The notes under the pieces: generated by a model | The model's database searches: none | The model's input: only the letters and a program-made list of their open reading frames with translations | Told to the model about the DNA's origin: nothing | NCBI GenBank assembly: GCA_000708835.1 | Contig: DF236966.1 | Span: 248,001-312,000 of the forward strand | Length of the DNA: 64,000 bases | Reading direction: 5' to 3' | Origin: Klebsormidium nitens | Lineage: Eukaryota > Plantae > Klebsormidiophyceae | Part shown: positions 49,901 through 62,783 of the stretch, piece after piece | Position numbering within the stretch: the stretch's first letter is position 1 | Layout: every line of letters starts with the position of its first letter | Translations under genes and position numbers: made by a program

Positions 49901-52900
49901 CGCGGCGGCCTCGTCGATAACGAGGAGCTCGGCTTGCGCGAGCTTGTCGCTGTGTTGCGGCTGGACGTACTGGATGGTCTGGCGGTGCTGCCGGAAGATG
50001 TTGACGCGCACGATGGCCTTGTTGAACGCGGGGTTGGTGCTCTCGACCAGGTCGTAGTCGATGTGCTCCTGGTGGACAACGAGAGTTGGTTTGAAGATCG
50101 TGCTGACCTAAGCAATCGCATAGGAGGGGACACTTTCAAGCAGAGACCGGGCCCCCGATTGGTGACCTGTGGGCGCTATGTTAGGGAAAACAATTCCATA
50201 TCCGAGCAACAACCACGGCCTACACAGGTACGGTGCAATCATTGTTAGACCGTTGTCGATTGAAGTGTGCCTGTCTACGTCAAGTGCCAAGTGATTGCTT
50301 ACTGCGGAAAGGGGGGGTAAAACCAAACTCAAACAGGCAACCTCTTCCAGACCCGTCACACAAAACTCTAGGATTTCAGAATATTGCGACGTCTTCCGAG
50401 GAACTGTCTGACGATGCATCACGAGACAACAACGAAAATCAGATGATTTTCAGAGAGCTAACTAGAGCAAGATCGATCAGACACCCTGACAAACCGGCCG
50501 CTCACCTTGTAATCCATGGCGTCGAAGCCCTTGAAGACGAACTCGAACAGCGTCTTCAGGTTCTCGGGGCTGGGTGACGTCACGAAGATGTTCGAGTATC
50601 CCAGGGCGACGGCCCCCGCAATTGCGACTCCAAGCGCCGCCGACTTGCCCCGCCCCCGAGCCGCTGTGAGCGCCACCGTGCTCCGGAGCGTTTTCTCGGA
50701 CGCAGCGTCCAAAAAGGTGATCACGGCCTTGGCCTGCGGACGTAAGTCCCCGTAAGTTTCTGAGTCGTGGCTCGTGGGTCGCTACCATTTGGAGCCGCAA
50801 TGCTAAAGACACACTTGTTGAGAACTTATCGTCATCAAGCCGTTTCTGGCAGCGTGCCACTGTGTTCTCGACGTTCAAGTGGTTACGAGCATGAGAGCAT
50901 CCAGGGCTAGTCGATCTTTGACAACCTTTGAGGGGAACAACCTAGCGTTCGAGCCAATTCCACTTCAGACGACTCCCCACAGACGGTTCTCGGCATTCCT
51001 GAAATCCTGAACAACAGATACAGCGGTTTGCGTGAAACTTGTCCACAGCAACCTTGCCGCATTTCGCCGGACGCGAAGTCGAGAGTTAGATTGCCGAACA
51101 CGAAGTTCTTCAGAGTCCCCCCGGAAAATCCAATAGCTGCAACACTGACAGCACACGGGTTTTGAGCAGCGCATTCGCCAAAGCTTCATGGTGGGGGGGG
51201 TAGCTTCCAACTTCGTGCTCAGCGACCGAACTTTCAAGATCGCGAAAAGGCGACTCCGACCAGACTTCCCGGGGACAAGTTTGACGCAAACAGCTGTAAC
51301 GTCGCTTGTTGAGGTCAGGAGGTGAACTCCTCACCTGGTCCAGGGTCTTGCAGCGGTCCACGAGCGCCCCCATCGGCTGCGTGTCTTTGAGCGACTCCTT
51401 CAGCTCCTTCAAGTCCCGCTCCGCTTCTGTCAGCACTTCGCCGCCCTGTCGCAAACAAAATGCACTGCTGTTTCGCTTTCGATCAACTGAGTTTGTGAGA
51501 GCTACAACCAACGGCATGGGTGTTTAAGAAAGCATGCCTCCAACCAAGTGTCGGCTTCGGCTCAGACTCGATGCGCTGAAGTCGAAGTGGTAAGAAAGGA
51601 CTAGACCAGTGAGTCAGAAGGTTTGTCGATAACGAACGACTCAACGCCGCGGATGTGCGAAGCGACGGCTGAAAAGCAATCAAGTCAGGAAGGACGCTGC
51701 TATGTTCACCTCACATTAAAACAGTCCTCTCTCGCTCGATACACAGAATCCATGCCCAGTGAAAGTGCAACAATATCGTCAACAACCCGAAACAACATCA
51801 GACAGGTCCAAATCAGTTCGGGCTTGACAAACGGTGCAACGACATGACTGAAAACGACCAAACCAAAGAGGTGTCGCCGCTACATCCATCTTGCAGAAGG
51901 TGGTCCTGCTTCGTTTCAGGACACATGATCCGTCCCGGCCAGAGTGGAACCAAGACCTCAACAACAGGCTTCTATTTTAACCGACAGAATCTCACTCCGC
52001 ACAACAAAAATCTCACGGCTCACTTCGGGCGTGACGAACGGCTTGATGTTGCGGACGTGCCACCAGCTGGCTGAAGAAAGCCAAAGAGGTTGCTGGGCAA
52101 GCGGCCCTGCCTTGCACCAGATTCCATGACCCATTCATGAAAAAGAGCAAAACGATAACGCCAATAAATGAGAATTAAAGAAAAGGGTCGCAGCTCACCT
52201 CAGGTTTGACGAACGGCTTGATATTGCGGATATGCGACGAGATGGGCAGCACATTGAGCTCGTCATCCATGACGACACACCCTTGGCAGCCCGCAAGGCT
52301 CAGAATGAAGCGCTCGTTGAAGCGGCCGGTGACGTCAGCATGGGACTCGGTCCGGAAGCGGGAGTGGACGTCCTGCAGGCGTTCGACAGACGAAGGTGAT
52401 TGGGGGAAGATACGTGTAACAGAAGGGGGGTCTCAAATCTTCCGCAAGATGCCATACATCGTATGCGGCAGATCTTGAGGTAATAGGTCGAGTAGGCCAC
52501 AAGACACCAGTGATCGTTTGTTGCTTGACACTCATGCTAATTCCATTTCTTCAAGCCTTCTCTTCATCTAAAGAATCCCCAGTAATCGAGACGTTTTTCG
52601 ACTATATGTGCACAAGCCTTTCAGCTCGTATTACTCCTGAAGCAGGTCGAACATCGCCTTGAGGTACGCAGAACACATGCTTTTCGACCAAATGGACCTT
52701 GATAGCGACTTACCATTGTCATCGTGTACAGCTTGCTAAGAGACGAGAGGGAGCTCAAGAGCAAGATGATCATCCCTCCACCTTCGACGGTCTCCACTGT
52801 CCGAGCCAGCAAGTTGGGAGTCAGGGCTTCGAAGTCCTGCACACATGTTTGTTGCAACATTATAAACTGTTGACGTGACAAAAGTCGTTAAAAAGAGTCG

Positions 52901-54490
52901 AGTCCATTCGAACAAGGTGTGTCCAGAAGCTGCAGAAATCAGTGGGCGCTGGTCCCGACGCTGGCTGCTTCCAGCGAAGTCTACGGCCCAGTATGAAGCA
53001 TAACATGTAGTCCCCATACTTTATGGAGGCCGCACAATCTTGTCAGTGCTCACTCGCTGTATCTCCAATCACCAGCTTGACACTCTGATACGCAACCCAG
53101 ATCTACCTTTTTGTTACTGCACCACAGCTGGAGATATTTTCCTCCGACCAACTTGGGTCACCTCTGACCCACACGTTCCAGGACGCACAGCATGCTAATG
53201 AGGCAGCGTTGATTTGTCTTCTTCTGCCTCCTGCGGTCGCACTTGAACGTCTCCCCCCTGCGTATCTAAGCACACACCCCTTGGCAGGATTGAAAGACAG
53301 ACGTGAACCTGAAGGTCTCTCAGAACTAAGGCTCGTCCTTTTTCTGAAAGGTGATCCTTGAAATGACGGTGGTCGTAATGACTCACGGATCATATGCGTT
53401 GCTAGCTAACTCACCTGTAGGACACACATCCCAAATGTGTTCCCCAAAATCTTATGCGTCTCCGCGTAGTAGCAGTAGCGGATGTTGGTGGAGGCCATGA
53501 ACAGCGAGAAGGGGTCGTCATTCTCGGGGTCCAGCAGGCCCCGCTGCATCATCTTCTTGACCTGCTTCATGCGCTTCTTCTTGTGGCTGCACCAGGGGTT
53601 CGAGCGGCAGGGTTAATTCAATGGAGTTATCCATGATGAGCAGAATTTTCTGAAAAATCGGTCTCTGAAGACAGCGTTTGTCACCTGCTTCACGGGATTT
53701 TCAGTGTGGCTGCATAAAAGGTCGAAATGACGCGAGTTGCTCATCAGTGCCGAATGAAAATAACATGTCTAGCTTTGGAGCTCTTGCAGAAGCCGGTGGT
53801 AGTATTGGATGATGAATTGTTTTCGTCGTTTGCCCATGCGCTTTTCATTGTGGCAGTGGCCAATGATGGGGGCATGGTGTTGCCCAATGCGCTCAGCTAT
53901 GACCAGCACCAACACAAATACTTTGAAAGCAAGCGGCTCTCAGTCAAGCTAGGATAATCTCCACTCTACTTCTTTGCTGGCAACTTGTCAGCTTGAGATG
54001 AGGATGAAGAGGTGGTGAAGGTGGCGCTTACATGTTGCCAGTGTTCAAGCTAGGGTTTCAAACCCTAAAAGTATCAAAACCATTACCATGATTGCAATTG
54101 GAGCTGTAACAATTTCGACTATCATCAAATGCAGCATTGCCCTTTACTATGGATTAAGAGAGAAGTTTGACAGCAAGTGAACCTTACCACCCCTAGCATC
54201 AGGAAGCCAGATCAAATACAACTGAGCAATGTAGCATGCAAAATTGAGGCCAACTTTTATCAATTGAGCAAGGAGATTGGCACCATCTCTTTCCTGCTGA
54301 GGTACAAGTCCTTCTTGTAGCACCACAGCACCGACGGGCGAGCCTTGACCACCGCCTTTGACAGCATGTAGTGCAGATTGACCACTTGGTCCCGCCCCTT
54401 GTCACCAATGATGACAAATACTGAACGCTGGCGCGTCTTGACGCCATTTTCCACCAGCGTGCGAATGCGCGAGTCCACCTTTTTCCTCAT
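43991..54490 (-). CDS. NAT10: RNA cytidine acetyltransferase (NAT10/Kre33)
   Basis: Starts MRKKVDSRIRTLVENGV. Motifs DFEALTPNLLARTVETVEGGG, FRTESH, TAARGRGKSAALG, LLVIDEAAAIP, STVNGYEGTGRSLSLKL, YYVNRDTLFSYH, SHYKNTPNDLQLMSDAPAH, GDLIPW, VRIACHP, SYGLT. Exons include 54490-54294, 53586-53415, 52836-52714, 52372-52199, 51445-51335, 50733-50506 and the last exon 44239-43991. Confidence 0.97.
46490..47065 (-). repeat. Decayed intronic copies of both junctions of a NAT10 exon (~46631-46812)
   Basis: Donor copy CTCACCGGCGTTTGCCACAGGTAGACG at 46491 versus the genuine at 46626. Acceptor-side copies at ~46895-46965 and ~47020-47065; the latter encodes VASLQDKQVKPR versus the genuine VASLQDEQVKPR. 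Confidence 0.85.
51812..52062 (-). repeat. Two decayed copies of the donor end of NAT10 exon 52372-52199
   Basis: CTCACTTCGGGCGTGACGAACGGCTTGATGTTGCGGA (~52019) and CAGTTCGGGCTTGACAAACGG (~51814) versus the genuine CTCACCTCAGGTTTGACGAACGGCTTGATATTGCGGA (52194). Confidence 0.8.
54051..54067. promoter_or_regulatory. Inverted pair of telo-boxes (TAGGGTTT-C-AAACCCTA) in NAT10 intron 1
   Basis: Exact motif read from the sequence. Regulatory function is inferred from plant telo-box biology. Confidence 0.45.
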
Positions 54491-55259
54491 CCTGCCTCCT
54501 TGTTTGTTCTTTCAACAGCAATTCCGAACCCTGCAATCTTCAAGCTGGACCCTTCATCAACTGACGGCGCCCTCAATGGTGAAGCACAGCCTGCAAACTT
54601 CGAAACAGATCAAAGCTAGTCAACCGGCAAGAGCTTGTTGCTAGAACGGTTCATTAGAGTATGAAAGCTGGCGCACCATCAAAGCTTGGATTCTTCTCAT
54701 TGTCTTGATCAGTGATGTCAACAGCAGAACTCGTGAGCAAATAAAAGTTGTGGATCGTCAAGCTGTATTTGACCGACCATTCAAATTCAGGCGTTTTCAG
54801 TCAGATGCTGCTATTAACGAAAACCCATTATCTCCGCCGTTACCAATGCCGTCGGCATTCAAATAACCCGTGCGTTGCGTAATACGGCTGCCGTTTCGGG
54901 GCTCTTTTGACCATTTGACCTTCAAGGAACGCCCTGATATTGACTTATTTTCAGTTATCCTCGGCTTCGAGTCCTTGCAAGTTCTGGCGTTCAACAGGGT
55001 GAGACTGCCTCATCGTAGAACTTGAAGTCTGCCTGAGCTTTCAATCATCTAGCGCTGTTCTGGGCGCCACTTGGAAAGTTAAACCTATTACCTACTGTAA
55101 GGGCCAGCCTGAGGCGATTCATTGTCATTGGTTCCAGCTAGATTGGCATGATCTTCATCTCCTTTCACCTGATATAGCATTTCGCAAGGTGAGGCGTCGC
55201 TATCTGAGCAGACGGGAAGGAGACAGACAATCTAGCTACAGCCAGAAAGGGAGGGTGTG

Positions 55260-57678
55260 ATGGCTGATGAAGATGAGTACGGAGACATGGGCGGCGAGGG
55301 AGAGTGAGGACCCACCCATCTGACATTATTAAGTAGGCAGAATTTTGCACCAGGCCTTTCGAATGAAGACTCGCAAAGATGGGAGTCCTAACCTTCAAAG
55401 TATTTGTTTGCCGCTTTGGGGCTGTTGTACTGCTCAGACGCAAAGATCCAAACAGATTTTATCGGATCATGCGTGGACTTTACCTAGTTTGATTTACATG
55501 CTTGTGTAATCTCAAGCACCAGTTTGGGCATGTCAGAATGAGTGCAGAACACAGCCTATGAGCTCTAACCACCCTTTTGTTTGCCTCCACACCTCCACGG
55601 CTGCTTAACCGGTTCGTTTCTTTGCAGTTATGAAGAAGAGCCGGAGCCAGATGAGGTTCTAGAGGAGGTGCGTTGCAATAATCTGTGCTGGTTGTGAAAG
55701 CGTCAGCATTCTAAGCCTTCAGCCCGTCCCCAGCTGCTCTTTGAGTTGGTAAAGGGAGATGCCGGGAATGCAAGAATCATTGCGGCATGCCATCAATAAT
55801 TGGCCAGGAGCTTCATTGACTCGGACCGTCAGTGTTCTAAGGCCCAGTGTTCTCTCACTCTCAGCTGTGTCAGTGCCACCTTGTAAACTGAGAGCTGTGA
55901 CCCAGCCAAAACATGCCCTCATTGTGATATGTTTCACAAACATACTCTTGGTGTCTGGGCATGCTCTAACATGGATTAGGCTCTGGGATAAAGTCATAAT
56001 CCAGGGGGTTCAAGCTGACTTCGACTGTACCACGTGTCAGCTGAGAACATTTTACCACCACCTGAGAAAGCTTCTGCTCTGGCTTACGATGGGTCATTCC
56101 CATGTAAACTGCAACTCTGGAAAAGCAAGGGAGCCAACGTTGATTGGCCCTGGCAAAGCTTTTTGTCTTGATGTTGAGGGCTCAAGCTACAGGAGGCATC
56201 GTGAGCGGGTTATTGAGATGTGGTTCGCTAAAGAGAGCTTCTTATTTGTCAACGCTTGTGTTTGCATCGCATCCTCTGTTCAAAAAAGTGTTTACTATGT
56301 TTCCAGTTTTGCAACCAAATCACAAGGCGTTTTGTCATGAAAGAGTGGTTTCAAAGGCACTTGATCCGGATCGGTTTGTCCAAACCTTTCCTTCTCTGTC
56401 CAGATGAGCTTTAAGCTTTCCCAGGATGGTGAGTCGGGGACATTTCACGTTGAGACCCCAGATTGCCCCACCTCCTTGGTGCTGAAGCATCAGTGCAACG
56501 CAAATTTGTGTATTTTTCAGGAAGGGGAAGAAGAAGAAGAGGGAAAGGAGAGGGCTCCTGGAGACGAGCCTGACATCGAGATCCGGGAAGGGGAACCGGA
56601 CGAGGCGGCCGCCGACCGGCCACGGAAAACAACGCGCTTCATGACGAAGTATGAGCGGGCACGAGTGCTCGGGACGAGGGCGCTGCAAATCAGCATGAAC
56701 GCGCCCATCATGGTGGACTTGGACGCAAACGAGAGCGATCCTTTGGAGGTAAGGAGTGACTTTTCCCGAAGGATGTGTACTAAGATGGTTCGACGATGAG
56801 GGTGCGGAATACTCTAGGATGAGTGGACGCACTATGCAACATTAATGTTATGAGGGGTCTCTGTTTCTCAACTCTGATATATGCATGCGATGAATTGTAT
56901 CCCAATATGGAAGAGTTGCAGTTTTTCAAAATCAGATTGGTTGAACCTATTTTGGTTTGTGCTCGTGGAATTGGCACTCTCAGTCAGTCAGATGAATCGT
57001 CCCACCGTTTGCGTCCATTGACGTGCCTCAAAAGTCCCGCTACAAATTCAAACGTGAGACTACTGACCAGAGAGACACTCTCCCCATGTTGCGAGCAGAT
57101 TGCGATGAAGGAGCTACGAGAGCGGAAGATCCCCTTCACCATCCGGCGCTACCTTCCTGACGGCAGGTGAGGGTGGCCGTCTTCTGTCCCTCCGTCGCAT
57201 GTCATCATGAGTTGACTTCTCTCTACTTGTCTGTTCATCAGGTTTAAAGTCTCTCTGCTTGTCCATAGTCACCACCGAGCATCGCTGCAAAATCTCATTC
57301 TGGATGGGTCGCGTTTATCCCAGTTGGTCAGAGCTTCTTGTTGAAGAGCATGCACCGGTTCAAACGCGCTGGAAACGTTGCAATGTTCGTTCTCCGGCTT
57401 GTGTTTGGATCCTGGAAGGCTATGGTGAGAGCCTGGCAATCACACCCTCCGCTTTATGTCACCTCCAGCGTTGATTGTTTTCATTTATCTTGCTTGTTGC
57501 CAGCTAGGTGCCTACTAGATGCAGCAAGGTACCTATTGATGAAAAACTTTTCTCATTCGAAAACTCCATCCGTATCGAGGTAGAAGCAACCCGGTTCTCA
57601 CGACCTTGCAGCTATGAGGACTGGGGCGTGGATGAGTTGATCAATCCGGACATGGGGCGGCGGATACATAATGCCTAG
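55260..57678 (+). CDS. RPB6: Common subunit of RNA polymerases I/II/III (RPB6/RPABC2)
   Basis: Exons 55260-55303, 55628-55667, 56521-56748, 57099-57166, 57612-57678. Acidic N-terminus, [63 protein letters not shown]. Confidence 0.97.
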
Positions 57679-59779
57679 TGTTTTCTGTCGTGGAAACTCT
57701 CTGGGGGTCGTTACGGCCGTCTTTGTTCCTTACGAAGTCCAAACAAACGGGAAAAAGAGTAGAGCGAGTCTGGCATTGTAGAATTGCAGGTGCGAATAGC
57801 TTCTTGGCATTGACCATGACCGAGTTACAGCAACGAATGCTCATGCATCGGAGCCTTTGCGTGTACAAACTTGATTGATTTCTTACGGCAGCGGGGAGAC
57901 AGCAAGTAACTGGCTTCATTTCCAGTGGATCTCTTTGGATGGTGCTCAGCTTGGACGATTTTGACCCGCTCGGCAGCTTGTGAACGAGCCGAGTCTTCCG
58001 GAGCGGATTGAAGTGATGAGTAACAAGATATGCCGTCGAAGTTGCGGAACCAACTATGGCATGCTTGATGATTGTTGTAACAAGCTCTCATCCAGGCAGT
58101 TGATGATCCCCAATACTAGTATGCAAGGTTCCATGTATGTCTCTAAAATACGAATGGTGAAGTATCTGCATAAGAGTCTGACGGACTGGATTCAGATACA
58201 ACGTTGTGCTGCAAATCCTTACATAAACATGCCGCATATAGGACAGAGGGAAAGCTTAAGGAGCTAGAGGGAGCGTTCTAGATATATGGAGATCGAGCCC
58301 GGAGGTCCATGTGATCAATTGTTAAATGTGGAGGAGGCCCGGTCATGAAGGACTCAAGCCATGAGTGCAAAAACTTTGAGCATTCTTTTCGTATATGAGT
58401 CGACATAAGTACCTACGCATTACGCCCTCCGGCTTTAATGAAAGCTTGTCGAATTGGGATTGAGATACGGCTTGGATCAGACGTTTGCTTGAACGCCTTG
58501 CCAGCCGTTTGCGGGTCTAGTAGCTGGGCCTGGCTTTACAGAAACAATCTGCATTCTTATTATTACCACGGTATTGAGGTGTATTATGCTTGAATCATGA
58601 CCGTGCCTAGACGCCTTCAGGAATTTCACCATGGCATACATGTGATCCTTTGATTGCATCATATCCTTCGAATCTCTAGAGATTTAGTTGAGGTGACACA
58701 ACGAAGAGTCAAAGCTCACAATGATTATCTTTGCTTTTTTACACAGAGGATGGGAGGAAGTTCGTTGGTGGACTTCGACGGAGTCCATTCAAAGTCTATT
58801 CAATGTTGGATGGGAGATGCATGAGTGACGAGTCTTGCTTTTGGATTCGAGACATGTCAGGTGGATTCTTCCTGAAACTCGCGCCGTCAGATGATGCTGT
58901 TAGGCAACTTGAATCGTCGATTGCCAATCTGCAGAATCTTCTGCAAAGACAGGTGTCACCCTGAACTAGCCTGGGCCCTGAAGGCTGACGTAGGTAGTTT
59001 CGCACTGTACAGTGTACACTGTACAGTCAGGCGGTGCGCCCAGCGCAGACGGGCCAGCCAAAAGCCGGCGCGAGCAGAATCATAAGTAAGCAAAATGGTC
59101 ATATCCAGTATAATCCAGAGAGCCCGCAAGGTCGTAAAAATCTGATCATGTCTCTATGAAAAAGGCTCCCAAGTTCCAACAATGAATATACAGGCTTCGA
59201 AGTTCGGCGGCTCGGCAATGCTTTTGTGTCAATCTACCGGTCTACCTATTATAAGAATCTAGGTAGAGGCCGGCCGATAACACATAGGTAGGCCAGTCTA
59301 GCTCTCCGTTGAAACAGAAGGTTCGACCGGGCGCGGAGGTCTGATAGTGGGAGCGAATTCTTGACGAAGGACCATAGAAGATTTGAAGATTTGAAGTTTT
59401 TCATGGACTCCCTCGCGATGGAATATGGACCCCATATACCATATACCTATTATACCGTTACGGCCTGCTCGCTACTCGACGCTACCGGGCCGAGCGTCCG
59501 AGTCTGCGCCCGGTGTATTGCGTAGCTGTGGAATCCTGATTCTTGATTCTGATTTCTGCTTGAAGAGCAACAAGTTGAGATTCAGAATTGGAGCGCAAAA
59601 AATGGCGCGCAATTGCTGCAAGTACAGTTCAATTTGTACGTAACCTTCTCCTGACCAGGGCCCCTGCCCAGGGCAGAGCGAATCGGAAAGGGTCCTCTGA
59701 GGCAAGCTCGCAGAGGGCGTCTTGCCAAAGGATTGCAACTCCGTAGGCCACACCTTATTGCCCCTCTGCTGTGGAACTT

Positions 59780-62700
59780 ATGGCAGCCATGCCGGCCGGC
59801 CATTCTTCAAATGGGGGTGCAGCCGAAGTTGCAGGTGTCCCCGATAACAGGTTCCTGGTGCGAGGGAGGTCTGCACCGGGCGGGTATGGCATCGACGTCA
59901 GCAAGCTGGCTGGGGATGATAGTGAAGCCGAGTCTCCTCGCAGCTCCAGAGTGTCTTTTGAGCAGAGCAACGCAGGCCCGTTTTCTGACAGAAGCCTGTC
60001 CTCGAGGCGAAGTTCAGCAGTCAAGGGAGATGCCCCCCTGAAGAAGAAGAGCTGGATGAACTGGAAGCCACTGCGCGCAATTGCCCAGATTGGCACCAGC
60101 AAGTGAGGCTTCTCTAGCCTCCTGCTTGGTCTGCATCCTTTTGTAATCAGTTATCCTCCTTACGTGGCGTGTCTCTTTGTTGCTTCTGTGTCCTTTTGGC
60201 TTTCACAGTGTGCTTTGTCAGCGCAATGCACATTACGGGAGTGCTTTCTCCATTTTTGGCTGCTTTCTTGTCAACCTATTTACGAAGTAAGAGCTTGTGC
60301 GAATGATGTTTCATTCAAAATAAGGCTCCTTTAGCCAAGTGGATTGTGTATCTGGACGACCAGGGCTCCGGATATGAGAGCCTTCGAAAAGAGCTGGCTT
60401 CACACGAAAAACCGCTGTTTAATTGGGTTGAAACATTTCATTGGATCTCAGTGGCATTGTCTTGAGCTCTAGCGGCTTGAATATTTTTTCTAGGTTTGTC
60501 CTACAGCATGCCATATGCTCTGTGATCACAATGTGAAGTTCCAAACATCAGGTGTCATTGCTTTGTGGCCGGCACTGTCTTGTTTCCAAGGAAAGCCGAG
60601 CAGAGAAGCGTCTGACTGGTAGTATCAGGAAACTTTGTAAAGATAGTTTGTTCTCTTTGTGAAGAGATGATGAATTCCATGTGAGCACAAAGGCTCATGC
60701 AGAGGCAAATTGATCGGCAAGGGCCATTGCTTTGGCTTTCCGTCAGAAGCATCGGAGTTGTGACGTCGTACAGATACCAGCAGGGAAAGAGTATGTCTAC
60801 TCAAAATCTCTCGAACTTGTATGTCTGTGTCAGGAAGTTGTTTCTGAACTCGAGCATCTAGCTTTATAATCTAGATTAGACCTGTTTTCTGCACAATATC
60901 CCGGCACGATATTCTACATTGTGCAAGTCCACTTACTGGTGTACCTGTAGCCTTTCTTGAAAGTACATACCCGGTGGACCTTCGAACATTTGGTGGAGCA
61001 TATGTGGACCTTGTTTGTTTGCTTGACGCAGAAACTGGAGTTTCCAAGTTGACAGCTTTTTGCCTGGGGATGCTTGTTTGAGCATTGCGGCTTTCATCTC
61101 TCCATTTTGATGTCAATTGTGGCATTTGCAGGTGTCAACGCTTTCTCTTAACAGTGTTTGTCAGGCGGTTTTGGCTCTACACTTGCCCTTCCAGATACAA
61201 AAACCTATTGAACCCTTGTAAAATATTGTGTCCAGCGTCTCCAGAAAGCCTCTACACGCATTGCATGCCACCCTTTCTAGGTTCCATATTTGACAAAACC
61301 AGAAGGGGCAATCAGGTTCATCATTAAGATTTTCCCAAGTCAACATAGATCTTCACTCTTATGACATACAGGAAGATTCCTCTCAACTACAAGGAATAAG
61401 TGGCAGGCTTTTCGATGCTACATGCCGACGGATGGTTTCAATCCTTTTCCCCCCAGGTCCTCCTGCGTGTTCTCTCTCACGCTTCATTACATCGAGAACC
61501 TCCCGGCTACCTACAACGGCCGCCGCGTCGCCGTCAACTGGATGCGCAAGGAGAACTACGTGGACAGTAAGCCGGCCACTGTCTCGGACAGCTTCGCGGA
61601 CTTTGAGGAGATCCTGCACCTGAAATGCACCATGTACGGCGGCAAGGGAGGCACCAAGTACCTGCCAAAGAGCTCGACTCTCTCAGTGCAAGCTGTGGAC
61701 GGGGACCGAGCGATTCTGGGCCGCCACAAGCTGGATCTGTCGAGGCTGCTTCCAAGTGGCGACATCACCGGTCGCAGGGGGAGCGGAGGAGGTGGCCTTG
61801 ATGGGTCGACTGTCAGCTTCCCATTGTCGGTGGGGTCGCTGTTGGTCACCTTCGGGTACAAGGTGATTTATAGGGCTCAAAGGATGAGGTCACAGCAGAG
61901 TTTGTAGTAGGAGGTCCAAGAAAGTGGTGGGACCTGTTTTAGGCTTTGCTCAGTGGCATTATCCTTGTGTCTCCATGACTCTGGCACTCGTCTTATGATA
62001 TCAACTGCCATGTGAGCCAATGCTGTCTGCCCGAGGTCGAATATTGTTGGCCATCGTTTGCAAGTCACTCTGAAAAAGAAGGGCAATGACTGAGCAGAAC
62101 ATTTGCGCCCTTGCAAAGCTCTTGCCAACGCCTGCTACTCTAGTGCCCCTTATGCTAGCTTACTCAGTAAAGATGCCCCCTGGCATCTTCTGTGTAGCTC
62201 CGACAAACACTGGAATTGCCACCACAACTCTGAACGTTGTTGGTAATGTCTGGATCATTCTAGCTTGGTGCAGATACAGATGGGGCACTAATGGGTTTGA
62301 TATTCTGGACAAGCCTGACCGTCTGCGTACGCTGTCCTGCAGGTTGTGGATGCCCCCGAGCTCAACCGAACATGGACAGGGACTGAGATGGTGGCCCCTC
62401 GCACCGGCGCGAACCGCTTTGCTGTCTCCAAGTCTCAGAAGCTGCTAAACTACCAACCGCCATCGCCGAAAGCCCCAGAGGCGCCCGTTCACCCCGAACC
62501 GATACCAGAGGTTTTGCCGTCCCCTAGAAAGGAAACGAGAGACAGTGGGACGTCCCCTGAGGCAGCGGCTGCAGAGGCCAGGGATCGGGCGACTTCGCCT
62601 GAAGCGGAGGAAATGGGGGTGAAGGATGAGGAGGAGGTGGAAAAGAAAGTCCTGGGAGAAGGAGAGAAGGGGGATGAAGAGAAGGAAGAAGAAGCGGCTG

Positions 62701-62783
62701 CAGCGCTCGATGGGGGAGAGGCAACAGAAGAGGAGGAAGGGGCAGAGAAAGGAGGCGAAGCAATGGTTGAGGATGAAGCGCAG
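59780..62783 (+). CDS. PMI1: PLASTID MOVEMENT IMPAIRED 1 / PMIR-family NT-C2 protein, 5' part; probably continues beyond the window
   Basis: Exons 59780-60102 (WMNWKPLRAIAQIG), 61457-61862 (CVFSLTLHYIENLP...AVNWMRK, ADFEEILHLKCTMYG, LGRHKLDLSRLLP) and 62343-62783 (acidic). PMI1 versus PMIR is not resolved. Confidence 0.8.

Noticed and set aside
53632-53680. C/D-box-like motifs (ATGATGA...CTGA) in a NAT10 intron
   Set aside because: They lie on the strand opposite NAT10 transcription, the span is too short, and no terminal stem or rRNA guide was recognised.
58731-58964. 77-aa protein-like ORF between RPB6 and PMI1
   Set aside because: No ATG start, no recognisable motif and no phase-consistent partner exons.
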